Origin: Pseudomonadota bacterium
Lineage (GTDB): Bacteria; Pseudomonadota; Alphaproteobacteria; Sphingomonadales; Sphingomonadaceae
Direction: 5' to 3'
NCBI GenBank assembly: GCA_041175505.1
Contig: JBEDET010000001.1
Location: 45,733-109,732 of the forward strand
DNA length: 64,000 nt
A program made the position numbers and the translations under genes. Below are positions 41,573 to 51,023 of this stretch, in pieces. Within the stretch, counting starts at the first letter, position 1. Every line of letters begins with the position of its first letter. The notes under the pieces are model-generated. The model did not search any database. It saw only the letters and a program-made list of their open reading frames with translations, and had not been told where the DNA came from.

Positions 41573-42609
41573 GCCGCTTTGGCGCGGATGACGATATTAC
41601 GCCAGACATCCAAAAACCGTGCGACATCGCTTTCGCTGGTATCGGCGTTGAAACTGACGCGGACGACTTCGGAAGCGGACCGTTCGTCCCAACCCATTGC
41701 GCCAAGCACATGGCTGGTTTTCAGCGTGCCTGATGAGCACGCGCTTCCAGCGGAGACCGCGATGCCCGCCATGTCAAAGTTGATCAGCTGACTTGACGCC
41801 GCAACGCCGGGCATGCGGTAGCTGCCGATGGTCGCAAGGCGGTTGCTTGCTTCTGCAACCACGATGCCGCCGCTGGCAGTGATCTCGGCATCCAACATGT
41901 CACGCAGGCGAACGGCTTTTTTCATCCACGCAAAACCCGCCTCAAGGGCCGTCGCAAATCCGATTGCTGCAGGCAAGTTTTCGGTGCCGCGCCGGTACCC
42001 TTGTTCCTGCCCGCCCGTTGGCGACAGCAGCCCAAGGTTGCGGACGAGCAAAGCGCCCATTCCCGGCGGCCCGCCCAATTTATGCGCGGATACGCACATC
42101 AAATCAGCATCTGGCAATGGCATTTTGCCCGCGCTTTGCGAACAATCGGCAAACAATATACCGCCATTGGCCCGCACAATATCGGCTATATCCGCCATCG
42201 GTTGCATAACGCCGGTTTCGTTATTCACAGACTGCACCGCATAACGAGCAGCACCTGTGATCGCATTCCGGTCAACATAACCGTCTGGACCGACGGGCAA
42301 GCGGGTTGCGCCTGCCACAGCCAAGACCGCATCATGTTCAACGGCGCTGGCAATCGCATTATGGCCACGCAGCGCAATCGCAATTGCCTCACTTGCGCCG
42401 CTGGTGAAAATGACTTCACCGTCCCAATTCAGTGCCGCAGCAACGCGCGTGCGGGCGTTCTCCAGCGCCGCGCGGGCGGAGCGGCCCTCGCTATGCGGAG
42501 AAGATGGATTGGCCCATCGCACCATTGCGTCGGCCATCGCTTCGCGCGCCGCCGGAATGACCGGCGTCGTCGCTGCGTGATCCAAATATATGCGGGCTTG
42601 GTCGGGCAT
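41569..42609 (-). CDS. Cysteine desulfurase (IscS/NifS-like)
   Basis: YLDHAATTP, NPSSPH, NNETG, SAHKLGGP and SAGSACSSG. The start could be 42639. Confidence 0.92.
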   Translation of the reverse strand: MPDQARIYLDHAATTPVIPAAREAMADAMVRWANPSSPHSEGRSARAALENARTRVAAALNWDGEVIFTSGASEAIAIALRGHNAIASAVEHDAVLAVAGATRLPVGPDGYVDRNAITGAARYAVQSVNNETGVMQPMADIADIVRANGGILFADCSQSAGKMPLPDADLMCVSAHKLGGPPGMGALLVRNLGLLSPTGGQEQGYRRGTENLPAAIGFATALEAGFAWMKKAVRLRDMLDAEITASGGIVVAEASNRLATIGSYRMPGVAASSQLINFDMAGIAVSAGSACSSGTLKTSHVLGAMGWDERSASEVVRVSFNADTSESDVARFLDVWRNIVIRAKAA

Positions 42610-42722
42610 TATTTCCATGACAGTTGCGAAAATCGTCACTGCTTCTATATAGCTCTACGAAATCCTGCAAAGCCCGAACCGTCGGGCAAAGCTCGGCACC
42701 CATCTAAGAATCGAACAATAAT

Positions 42723-43379
42723 ATGCCTGCTATTGCTATTCCCGGTCCCGAAGGCCGCCTCGAAGCCCGCTTTTCTCCGCCACCGCGCCCACGTGCACCG
42801 ATTGCAATGATTTTGCATCCGCACCCCCAAGCCGGCGGAACGATGAACGACCGGATTACGCAGCAGCTGTACAAAACATTTGTCGCGCGCGGATTTGGCG
42901 TACTGCGTTTCAATTTTCGCGGTGTTGGCCGAAGCGAAGGCGAATTTGACAATGGCATCGGCGAATTGTCTGACGCAGCATCGGCGCTCGATTGGGTGCA
43001 AAGCTTCCACCCCGAAGCGTCAACGACTTGGATCGCTGGCTTCAGCTTTGGCGCTTGGATTGGCATGCAGCTTTTGATGCGTCGCCCGGAAATCCGGGGT
43101 TTCATCTCGGTATCGCCGCCCGCAAACATGTATGATTTCAGCTTTCTGGCGCCTTGCCCATCATCGGGTATCATCATTCAGGGTGTGAATGACGAAGTCG
43201 TCAATCCCAACGCCGTTCAAAAGCTGGTCGATAAATTGCGCACGCAACGCCACATCACCATTCACCACGACGAAATACCGCGCGCGAACCATTTCTTTGA
43301 AAATGAAATGGATATGCTGATGGCGTCCGTGAACAACTATCTCGATTTCCGGTTGGACCCGAACTCTCCGATCAAGTGA
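42723..43379 (+). CDS. Alpha/beta hydrolase
   Basis: HPHP..GGTM, FNFRGVG, GFSFG nucleophile, DEVV and ANHFF. Confidence 0.9.
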   Translation: MPAIAIPGPEGRLEARFSPPPRPRAPIAMILHPHPQAGGTMNDRITQQLYKTFVARGFGVLRFNFRGVGRSEGEFDNGIGELSDAASALDWVQSFHPEASTTWIAGFSFGAWIGMQLLMRRPEIRGFISVSPPANMYDFSFLAPCPSSGIIIQGVNDEVVNPNAVQKLVDKLRTQRHITIHHDEIPRANHFFENEMDMLMASVNNYLDFRLDPNSPIK

Positions 43380-43380
43380 G

Positions 43381-43578
43381 TTACTGCGCTTCGGTAACTA
43401 GGCTTTTGCCTTGTTGGTCGGGCACAACCCAAATCGCAACATTGGCGAAAATAACGAGAGCTGCAGCAATCATCAGCCACATTTGCTGACTTGCACCATC
43501 ACGAGTCCAACGTTTCCAAGCGCCATAGAAAAGCAAGAACGCAGACAGCATGGCGATGGATAAAACGGCGTTTAACAT
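43381..43578 (-). CDS. Small hypothetical membrane protein (65 aa)
   Basis: ATG start and two hydrophobic helices; fills the intergenic gap exactly. Confidence 0.65.
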   Translation of the reverse strand: MLNAVLSIAMLSAFLLFYGAWKRWTRDGASQQMWLMIAAALVIFANVAIWVVPDQQGKSLVTEAQ

Positions 43579-43694
43579 TTCGCCTCTCTAAAGCCGGTGG
43601 ATAAGCCACGCAATCGGACAAATAGCGCATAGCCTTTTGCCACGCTCTGCCATAGGGGGAGCGTATTCCGACTCATGCTGCTACAGGATGTGCC

Positions 43695-44147
43695 ATGCGT
43701 ATCGCTATCGCCTCAGACCACGCTGCCCTTGCGCTGAAATCAGCGCTCGTCGAATATCTGCTGTCGGCAGGGCATGATGTCAGCGATCTCGGCCCGCATG
43801 ATGAAAGCTCGGTCGACTATCCCGATTATGGCTACAAGCTTGCCGCCGCTGTTGCCGACGGCACCGCAGAACGCGGTATTGCCTTATGCGGTTCAGGCAT
43901 TGGTATTTCGATTGCGGTGAACCGCAATCCCGCCGCACGCGCCGCTTTGGTGTCCGAACCATTGTCAGCGCGGCTTGCCCGCGAACATAATGACGCAAAT
44001 GTTATTGCCATGGGCGCGCGCCTGATTGGCATTGAAATGGCCAAGGCCTGCCTTGATGCCTTTTTAACAACTGAATTTGGCGGCGATCGCCACCAACGCC
44101 GCGTTGATAAACTATCCAACCCGAACACGACCAAGGAACCATCATGA
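43695..44147 (+). CDS. rpiB: Ribose-5-phosphate isomerase B
   Basis: [26 protein letters not shown] and GGDRHQRRV. Confidence 0.96.
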   Translation: MRIAIASDHAALALKSALVEYLLSAGHDVSDLGPHDESSVDYPDYGYKLAAAVADGTAERGIALCGSGIGISIAVNRNPAARAALVSEPLSARLAREHNDANVIAMGARLIGIEMAKACLDAFLTTEFGGDRHQRRVDKLSNPNTTKEPS

Positions 44148-45448
44148 GCAGTTCAGCCGCCAATGACATCCAAAACTCCGGATTTTTTACGCAAAGCCTG
44201 ACGGAACGCGACCCCGAAATCGCGGGCTGGATTGCGAAGGAACTGGGCCGCCAGAAGGACAAGATCGAATTGATCGCGTCGGAAAATATAACGTCGCGCG
44301 CCGTGCTCGAAGCCACAGGTTCGATCCTCACCAACAAATATGCCGAAGGCTATCCGGGCAAACGTTATTATGGCGGCTGCGAATATGTCGATGAAATCGA
44401 AACCATCGCCATTGAGCGCGCGAAGCAATTGTTCGGCTGTGAATTTGCAAATGTGCAGCCCAACAGCGGCAGCCAGATGAATCAGGCGGTGTTCCTCGCG
44501 CTTCTGCAGCCCGGCGACACTTTCATGGGCCTAGACCTCAATGCAGGCGGGCATCTAACCCATGGATCGCCGGTAAACATGTCGGGCAAATGGTTCAATC
44601 CAATCGGATATGGCGTCCGCCGTGATGACCATCGGATCGACATGGACGAAGTCGCGCGCATCGCCAGAGAAAACAAACCAAAGCTCATCATCTGCGGCGG
44701 CACCGCTTATTCGCGGGGCTGGGACTGGGCGCGATTCCGGGAAATTGCGGATGAAGTCGGCGCTTACCTTTTGGCCGATATGTCGCATATCTCTGGGCTG
44801 GTTGCAGGCGGCGCGCATAGCTCGCCTGTGCCGCACGCGCACGTCACGACAAGCACAACGCACAAGTCGTTACGCGGACCTCGCTCGGGCATCATATTGA
44901 CCAATGACGAGGTACTGGCCAAAAAATTCAACTCGGCAATTTTCCCTGGGCTGCAGGGCGGTCCGTTGGTGCATGTAATCGCAGCAAAGGCTGTGTGCTT
45001 TGCCGATGCGATGAAGCCAGAATTCAAAAGCTACGCGGCCAATGTCGTCGAAAATGCGAAGGCGCTTGCATCTTCGTTGCAGGAACAAGGGCTCGACATC
45101 GTATCAGGCGGCACCGACAACCACTCGATGCTGGTCGATCTGAGACCCAAAGAAGCCAAGGGCAAGCATGCCGAACATGCGCTCGATCGTGCTTCGATTA
45201 CGTGCAACAAAAACTCGATACCGTTCGATCCAGAAAAGCCGTTTGTCACGTCCGGCCTCCGCTTGGGCACGCCAGCTGGCACCACCCGTGGCTTCGGCCC
45301 GGCGGAATTCCGCGAAATCGGCAGGATGATCGCCGACGTCGTGGAAGGCCTGCGTCACAATGGCGAGGCTGGCGACGGCCAGATCGAAGCCCGGATCAAG
45401 GACGAAGCCGAGGCACTTTGCGCACGCTTCCCAATCTACCCATCTTGA
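44144..45448 (+). CDS. glyA: Serine hydroxymethyltransferase
   Basis: [23 protein letters not shown] and [10 protein letters not shown]. Confidence 0.98.
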   Translation: MSSSAANDIQNSGFFTQSLTERDPEIAGWIAKELGRQKDKIELIASENITSRAVLEATGSILTNKYAEGYPGKRYYGGCEYVDEIETIAIERAKQLFGCEFANVQPNSGSQMNQAVFLALLQPGDTFMGLDLNAGGHLTHGSPVNMSGKWFNPIGYGVRRDDHRIDMDEVARIARENKPKLIICGGTAYSRGWDWARFREIADEVGAYLLADMSHISGLVAGGAHSSPVPHAHVTTSTTHKSLRGPRSGIILTNDEVLAKKFNSAIFPGLQGGPLVHVIAAKAVCFADAMKPEFKSYAANVVENAKALASSLQEQGLDIVSGGTDNHSMLVDLRPKEAKGKHAEHALDRASITCNKNSIPFDPEKPFVTSGLRLGTPAGTTRGFGPAEFREIGRMIADVVEGLRHNGEAGDGQIEARIKDEAEALCARFPIYPS

Positions 45449-45494
45449 ATTATATAGGTGACTTACCCATCTAATACACAGAAGGGAAATAACC

Positions 45495-45839
45495 ATGGGA
45501 TTTTGTAACGAGTGTAATGCTGAATATAGCGAAGGGATGAAGTTCTGCCCGCAATGTGGCGCCAAAACGCCTGAGCAGCTTGCGGCCGAAAGCTTCCCCA
45601 ACCAAGCCAAGCATTATGTCGGCGAAGCCGCTGATGAATTGTGGGGCGCGACCAAGGATGCGTTCCACACCGGCAAGCATTTGGCGGATCAAGATACCGT
45701 AAAGAAAGTCGCTGGTGGTGCCGCCATCGGCGCTGCAGCCGCTGTCATTGCGCCAATCGGACTGGCAACAGGCGCATTGATTGGCGCAGGCATCGTTGCC
45801 TACCGCCACGTAAACAAGAAAAAGAATCAGGAAAAATAA
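45495..45839 (+). CDS. Zinc-ribbon protein with C-terminal glycine-zipper-like TM segment
   Basis: CNEC...FCPQCG, then GGAAIGAAAAVIAPIGLATGALIGAG and a basic tail. SD-like GAAGGG upstream. Confidence 0.8.
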   Translation: MGFCNECNAEYSEGMKFCPQCGAKTPEQLAAESFPNQAKHYVGEAADELWGATKDAFHTGKHLADQDTVKKVAGGAAIGAAAAVIAPIGLATGALIGAGIVAYRHVNKKKNQEK

Positions 45840-46301
45840 TTGCGCTGCCCATTTTGCGGAAACGACGATAGTCAGGTTAAGGACAGCCGTCCCACCGAAG
45901 ACAATAGCGCTATCCGCAGACGGCGGCAGTGCGAAGGTTGCGGCGGTCGGTTTACGACGTTTGAGCGCATTCAGTTGCGTGAGCTATCGGTCATCAAGAC
46001 CGACGGCAAGCGTGAGCCGTTTGAGCGTGAAAAGCTTGAACGCTCGCTTTCGGTCGCGTGCCGTAAGCGTCCCGTCGACCATGCCCAGATTGAAAAGCTC
46101 GCCTCCGCCATTCAGCGGCAGTTGGAGACCTTGGGTGAAAGCGAAATTGAATCCAAGCGCATCGGCGAGTTTGTCATGGATGGATTAAAGGCGCTCGACA
46201 GCGTCGCCTATATTCGCTTTGCGTCGGTCTATAAAGACTTCAGCGAAGCGAAGGACTTTGAAGATTTCGCCGGGAGCGTGGTTGAAGCGGCGCAGAAATG
46301 A
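45840..46301 (+). CDS. nrdR: Transcriptional repressor NrdR
   Basis: [17 protein letters not shown]-cone and [10 protein letters not shown]. The start codon is TTG. Confidence 0.96.
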   Translation: MRCPFCGNDDSQVKDSRPTEDNSAIRRRRQCEGCGGRFTTFERIQLRELSVIKTDGKREPFEREKLERSLSVACRKRPVDHAQIEKLASAIQRQLETLGESEIESKRIGEFVMDGLKALDSVAYIRFASVYKDFSEAKDFEDFAGSVVEAAQK

Positions 46302-47020
46302 GTTCGCCGCCTATTATCATTCTTGTTCGTCCGCAATTGGGCGAAAACATCGGCAAAGCCGCCCGCGCCATGCTGAATTTTGGCCTAACGGAAATGCGCC
46401 TTGTCGCGCCGCGGGATGGATGGCCAAACCCGAATGCTGGCCCTGCCGCCTCTGGCGCAGACATTGTGCTTGCCAATGCACAGGTTTTTCCGACGCTTGC
46501 CGAAGCGACCGCGGACATCGCACATGTCTACGCAACGACCGTACGCAAGCGTGGCGTCACCAAGCCGGTGATTACGCCTGAAGCAGCAGCTAAAGAGGTT
46601 GTCGGCAATACCGGGCGAAGCGCAATCCTGTTCGGCGCGGAACGTTCCGGTCTTGAAAGCGACGAAGTCAACGTTGCGCGCGCCATCATCACTGTCCCCA
46701 TCAACCCTGAGTTTGGATCGCTAAACCTCGCGCAGGCGGTCATTTTGTGCGCCTATGAATGGTCAAAAACCCAATCGCTTGCCAGCCCACCGAAAACGGA
46801 TCTGGAACCGCCAGCGTCACAGTTTGAACTCGACGGCCTTATCGCGCAGCTTGATGCGATGCTGGAGCCGTTAAATTACTTCACGCCGATCGATCGTGCA
46901 CCCGTCACACGGCGCACCTTGCGCAACTTGCTCACAAAGCCTGCATGGAACGCATATGAAGTGAGGACCTTACGCGGGGTGCTGACGACATTGAACAGAA
47001 GACGACCCGCCGAAAAATAG
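46298..47020 (+). CDS. TrmJ/YjtD-family RNA methyltransferase
   Basis: [26 protein letters not shown] and SLNLAQAV. Confidence 0.92.
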   Translation: MSSPPIIILVRPQLGENIGKAARAMLNFGLTEMRLVAPRDGWPNPNAGPAASGADIVLANAQVFPTLAEATADIAHVYATTVRKRGVTKPVITPEAAAKEVVGNTGRSAILFGAERSGLESDEVNVARAIITVPINPEFGSLNLAQAVILCAYEWSKTQSLASPPKTDLEPPASQFELDGLIAQLDAMLEPLNYFTPIDRAPVTRRTLRNLLTKPAWNAYEVRTLRGVLTTLNRRRPAEK

Positions 47021-47067
47021 AGACCATGTAACAGCGCGCAGGCGCAATGGGATCAGGCATCTAAACC

Positions 47068-47385
47068 TTAAGCGCGATTGGCATCCCACTTTTCGAGTTC
47101 GTAGGCGATGGAGGCTTCAACCAAAAGCTCCCATAAGTCGCCCACGACCTCTGCGGGGATGCCCGCGTTGCGTGCGGCGTCTTTCACATTCGCCAGCACC
47201 TGTTGCTTGCGCGCTTCATCGCGGACAGCATTGCGTTCAGTTTTAATGCGCGCCGCGGCATCCATATAAGCAAATCGCTGCGCCAGCAAATCGACCAGCT
47301 GCGCATCGACGGCGTCAACACCTGCGCGCACTTCAACCATGTTCGTGCAATTCTCGGGATTTTTGGGGCGACCAGTGCTGCTCAT
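47068..47385 (-). CDS. Chorismate mutase (AroQ type II)
   Basis: VRAGVDAVD..LVDLLAQR, RIK and VRDEAR. Confidence 0.85.
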   Translation of the reverse strand: MSSTGRPKNPENCTNMVEVRAGVDAVDAQLVDLLAQRFAYMDAAARIKTERNAVRDEARKQQVLANVKDAARNAGIPAEVVGDLWELLVEASIAYELEKWDANRA

Positions 47386-47429
47386 GGCAGCGCCTTTACG
47401 GTTGAGCGTGCCTAAAGTCGAGCCAGATG

Positions 47430-47458
47430 TTGACATATCGCCGATCTGCAGCCATAGG
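47430..47458 (+). promoter_or_regulatory. Sigma70-type promoter of rpsD
   Basis: TTGACA-N17-CATAGG (alphaproteobacterial -10 variant), about 105 bp upstream of the ATG. Confidence 0.6.
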
Positions 47459-47564
47459 CGCCGCTTCGCAATCGACCCTGCATTCCGGTGAAGCAGGTGT
47501 CCGGCACATGCATAATGTGTCGCGCGGGACCGGAAACAACGTTGTTAGCAATTGGAGTCTTAAA

Positions 47565-48179
47565 ATGACGAAGCGTACAAGCTCGAAGTATAAACTTGAC
47601 CGCCGCATGGGTGAAAACATCTGGGGCCGTCCAAAATCACCTGTAAACAAGCGTGAATATGGCCCCGGCCAGCATGGTCAGCGCCGTAAAGGCAAGCTTT
47701 CCGATTATGGTATTCAGCTGCGCGCCAAGCAGAAGCTTAAGGGCTATTATGGCGACGTAACTGAAAAGCAGTTCAAGCGTGCCTATCAGGAAGCAAGCAA
47801 CATGAAGGGCGATACCTCGCAGAACCTTATCGGTCTGCTCGAGCGTCGTTTGGACATGGTTGTATACCGCGCCAAGTTCGCCCCAACCATTTTCGCCGCA
47901 CGCCAGATCGTTAGCCATGGCCACATTCGCGTCAACGGCGTGAAGTGCAACATCGCAAGCCGTCAGGTTGCAGTCGGTGACGTCATCAGCCTCGGCAACA
48001 AGGCCAAGGAAATGGCTTTGGTTATCGAAGCACAAGGCCTCGCTGAGCGTGACATTCCAGAATATGTCTCGGTAGACGGCAACGACAAGGTGACTTTCGC
48101 GCGTATCCCAACGCTCGACGAAGTGCCCTACCCAGTTAAGATGGAACCAAATTTGGTCGTCGAATTCTATTCGCGTTAA
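47565..48179 (+). CDS. rpsD: 30S ribosomal protein S4
   Basis: [21 protein letters not shown] and ARQIVSHGH. Start set at 47565. Confidence 0.98.
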   Translation: MTKRTSSKYKLDRRMGENIWGRPKSPVNKREYGPGQHGQRRKGKLSDYGIQLRAKQKLKGYYGDVTEKQFKRAYQEASNMKGDTSQNLIGLLERRLDMVVYRAKFAPTIFAARQIVSHGHIRVNGVKCNIASRQVAVGDVISLGNKAKEMALVIEAQGLAERDIPEYVSVDGNDKVTFARIPTLDEVPYPVKMEPNLVVEFYSR

Positions 48180-48198
48180 TCTTACAAACAATCTTACG

Positions 48199-48228
48199 AA
48201 AAAGGCGGTCCTTGTGGCCGCCTTTTTT
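48199..48228 (+). terminator. Intrinsic terminator after rpsD
   Basis: AAAAGGCGGTC-loop-GGCCGCCTTTTTT. Confidence 0.88.
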
Positions 48229-48293
48229 GTTTGAGCCTGACCGGCGGGTCTGGCAGAAGGCGCGCAATAATCTTTCCCCCTTAGGAGAATTTC

Positions 48294-49973
48294 ATGCGCC
48301 TGCTGTCTCTGGCCCTTGTATCTGTTTTGGCTCTCACCACCGCCTGTCAAAAGGATGCGTCGTTGGACGTCTCCATGGACGCACTGCCGCAAGTCGAAGT
48401 CCCCGCGCTTTCCGAAGCGACGATGAAGGACGTGACACGCGAATTGTCACTCGACAGCTATGAAGGCCGCGCACCGGGTTCCGTCGGCGAAGAGAAAACC
48501 GTCGCTTATCTGATAGCTAAATATAAAGCGGCAGGACTTGAGCCCGGCAATAACGGCAGCTGGACGCAGGATGTGCCACTGATAGAAATCACCGCGAAAA
48601 ATGTATCGGCGCTCACAATTGCCGACCGCAGCGGCAAGGCCATGTCATTTGCCTATGGCAGCGAATATGTCATCGGCAGTTACCGCGAGACACCCAAAAC
48701 CGATATTAAGCAAAGCGAAATGGTCTTTGTCGGCCACGGCATTGTCGCCCCTGAAAAGGGCTGGAATGATTATGCTGGCGTCGATGTTAAGGGCAAAACC
48801 GTCGTCGTCATGGTCAACGACCCCGATTTCGAAAATGAACGCCTTGATGGCCCGTTCGGTGGCAAGGCCATGACCTATTACGGACGCTGGACATATAAAT
48901 ATGAAGAAGCCGCGCGTCAGGGTGCTGCTGCCGTTTTGATCATCCACGACACTGCCCCCGCGGCATATGGCTGGAATGTCGTCAACTCCAGTTGGACTGG
49001 CACGCAATTCCTGGCGCAGTCAAAGGATGGCGGAAAGAGCCAAACCCAAGCCAATGGCTGGATCCAGAAATCCGTAGCGAAGGAAATTTTTGCAGCCGCT
49101 GGTCAAAATCTCGACAAGCAAATGGCCGCGGCCAAGCAAAAAGGCTTTAAGGCGGTTCCGCTGAACCTCTCCGCATCGATGAACTTCGAAAATGACATCG
49201 CGCGCAAGGCGAGCAAGAACGTCATTGGCGTCATGAAAGGCACCAAGCGCCCTGATGAATATGTGCTTTACACGGCGCATTGGGACCATCTCGGTCGGTG
49301 CACGGCCGCTGCGGACGGCGATGACATTTGCAACGGTGCAGTCGACAATGCCACAGGCACTGCAGCTTTGGTCGCATTGGCAGAAGGCTTTGCCAAAGCC
49401 GGCGCCCCGGAGCGTTCGGTCGTGTTCCTTGCGGTGACTGCGGAAGAAAGCGGCCTGCTTGGTTCGAAATTCTACGCAGAAAACCCCATCTTCCCGCTTT
49501 CGCAAACCGTGGGCGGCGTGAACATGGACGCATTCTCAATGTCTGGCCCCGCAAAGAATTTGACCGTCATCGGCAAGGGCAAATCGCAACTTGATCTCTA
49601 TCTTGAGGCTGCGGCAAATTCCGAAGGACGGACACCTGAATCGGAACCGACACCGGAAAAGGGTTTCTACTATCGCTCTGACCATTTCAGCTTTGCTAAG
49701 CTTGGGGTGCCGATGGTGTATTTCGAAGGCGGTGACGATTTGGTCACCGGCGGTAAGGCCGCTGCAAAGGCAGCAGCAGAAGATTATGAAAAGAACCGGT
49801 ATCACGCCCCCGGCGACGAATTTGACGAAAAATGGGATTGGTCAGGCGTCATGTCCGACTTGAAACTATATTATCGCGTTGGCCGGATGTTGGCGATGAC
49901 CGACGCATGGCCAAACTGGAACGACGGCGACGAATTCCGCGCTGTCCGCGACAAGAGCCGCAGCGGGAAATAA
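48294..49973 (+). CDS. M28-family aminopeptidase, lipoprotein with PA domain
   Basis: Lipobox LTTAC, AHWDH, GAVDNATG, AEESGLLGS and YRSDHF. Confidence 0.9.
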   Translation: MRLLSLALVSVLALTTACQKDASLDVSMDALPQVEVPALSEATMKDVTRELSLDSYEGRAPGSVGEEKTVAYLIAKYKAAGLEPGNNGSWTQDVPLIEITAKNVSALTIADRSGKAMSFAYGSEYVIGSYRETPKTDIKQSEMVFVGHGIVAPEKGWNDYAGVDVKGKTVVVMVNDPDFENERLDGPFGGKAMTYYGRWTYKYEEAARQGAAAVLIIHDTAPAAYGWNVVNSSWTGTQFLAQSKDGGKSQTQANGWIQKSVAKEIFAAAGQNLDKQMAAAKQKGFKAVPLNLSASMNFENDIARKASKNVIGVMKGTKRPDEYVLYTAHWDHLGRCTAAADGDDICNGAVDNATGTAALVALAEGFAKAGAPERSVVFLAVTAEESGLLGSKFYAENPIFPLSQTVGGVNMDAFSMSGPAKNLTVIGKGKSQLDLYLEAAANSEGRTPESEPTPEKGFYYRSDHFSFAKLGVPMVYFEGGDDLVTGGKAAAKAAAEDYEKNRYHAPGDEFDEKWDWSGVMSDLKLYYRVGRMLAMTDAWPNWNDGDEFRAVRDKSRSGK

Positions 49974-49977
49974 GCCA

Positions 49978-50958
49978 ATGACCTTCCGTATGCCCGCCGA
50001 ATGGGCACCCCATGAAGCCGTCTGGATTGGCTTTCCCAGTTCTACGGAATATTGGGGTGCGCCGCTCCAACGCGCGCAGCATCAGATGGCCGCCTTTGCC
50101 AATGCCGTGCACGCGTCGGGCAAAGGTGAGCGGGTGCATGTGATTGCCGGCAATGCAGAGGCCATGGCCGTCGCAAAGGGACTAGTTGACGCTGGCGTTC
50201 ATGTGGAGCTGCGCCAAATTGGCGATGTCTGGTTACGTGACACAGGTTGCATCATCGTGAAAGATGGGGATCGGCGGATTGCCCGTAATTTTGGCTTCAA
50301 TGGTTGGGGAAACCGGTTCGACTATCCCGGTGATACAAGCATTGGCTATGAATTGGCGGCAGATTTCGGTTTTGAAATTACGCAGGCGGATTGGATATTT
50401 GAGGGCGGATCCATTGACGTCGACGGTGAAGGCCTCGCCGCGACGACCGTCGATTGCCTGTTAAACCCCAACCGCAACCCAACACTTGATAAAGCCGCCA
50501 TTGAAGACCGGCTGCGCGCTGACTTGGGGATAGAACAATTACTTTGGCTGGGCGACGGCCTCGCCAACGACCATACCGACGGCCATATTGATAATCTGGC
50601 GCGCTTTGTTGGCCCGAACCATATTCTGGTTCCAAGCAGTGCCGGACCCGACGATCCAAACCAAGCTGTCTTTGAAGATGCCCGCGCGCGCGCAGAGGCG
50701 TTCGGATGCAAAGTGACGCTGATGCCCTCGGTTGGCCGTTTTGAACAAGACGGAGAAATCGTGCCGGCAAGTTATATGAATTTCTACATCGGCAACCGCG
50801 CTGTCGTCGTGCCGATTTATGGCAGCGCGAACGATGACGCCGCGATTGAAGTGTTGGCAAATATCTACCCCGAACGCGACGTTATCGGTGTCATGGCCGA
50901 TGCGGTATTGACCGGCGGCGGAAGCTTTCATTGTTCAAGCCAACACGTGCCCGTTTGA
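49978..50958 (+). CDS. aguA: Agmatine deiminase
   Basis: MPAEWAPH, WLRD, EGGSI, HTDGHID, ASYMNF and GGGSFHC. Confidence 0.92.
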   Translation: MTFRMPAEWAPHEAVWIGFPSSTEYWGAPLQRAQHQMAAFANAVHASGKGERVHVIAGNAEAMAVAKGLVDAGVHVELRQIGDVWLRDTGCIIVKDGDRRIARNFGFNGWGNRFDYPGDTSIGYELAADFGFEITQADWIFEGGSIDVDGEGLAATTVDCLLNPNRNPTLDKAAIEDRLRADLGIEQLLWLGDGLANDHTDGHIDNLARFVGPNHILVPSSAGPDDPNQAVFEDARARAEAFGCKVTLMPSVGRFEQDGEIVPASYMNFYIGNRAVVVPIYGSANDDAAIEVLANIYPERDVIGVMADAVLTGGGSFHCSSQHVPV

Positions 50959-51023
50959 CTATATTGGATATCGACGCGAAACATTGCATATTGCCAAAAC
51001 AACCAACCAAGAGGACGCCCCCA

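Noticed and set aside
44144-45448. Apparent higher GC in glyA and astB suggesting horizontal replacement
   Set aside because: An impression only; it needs a computed GC3/codon analysis and a phylogeny, which I cannot run.
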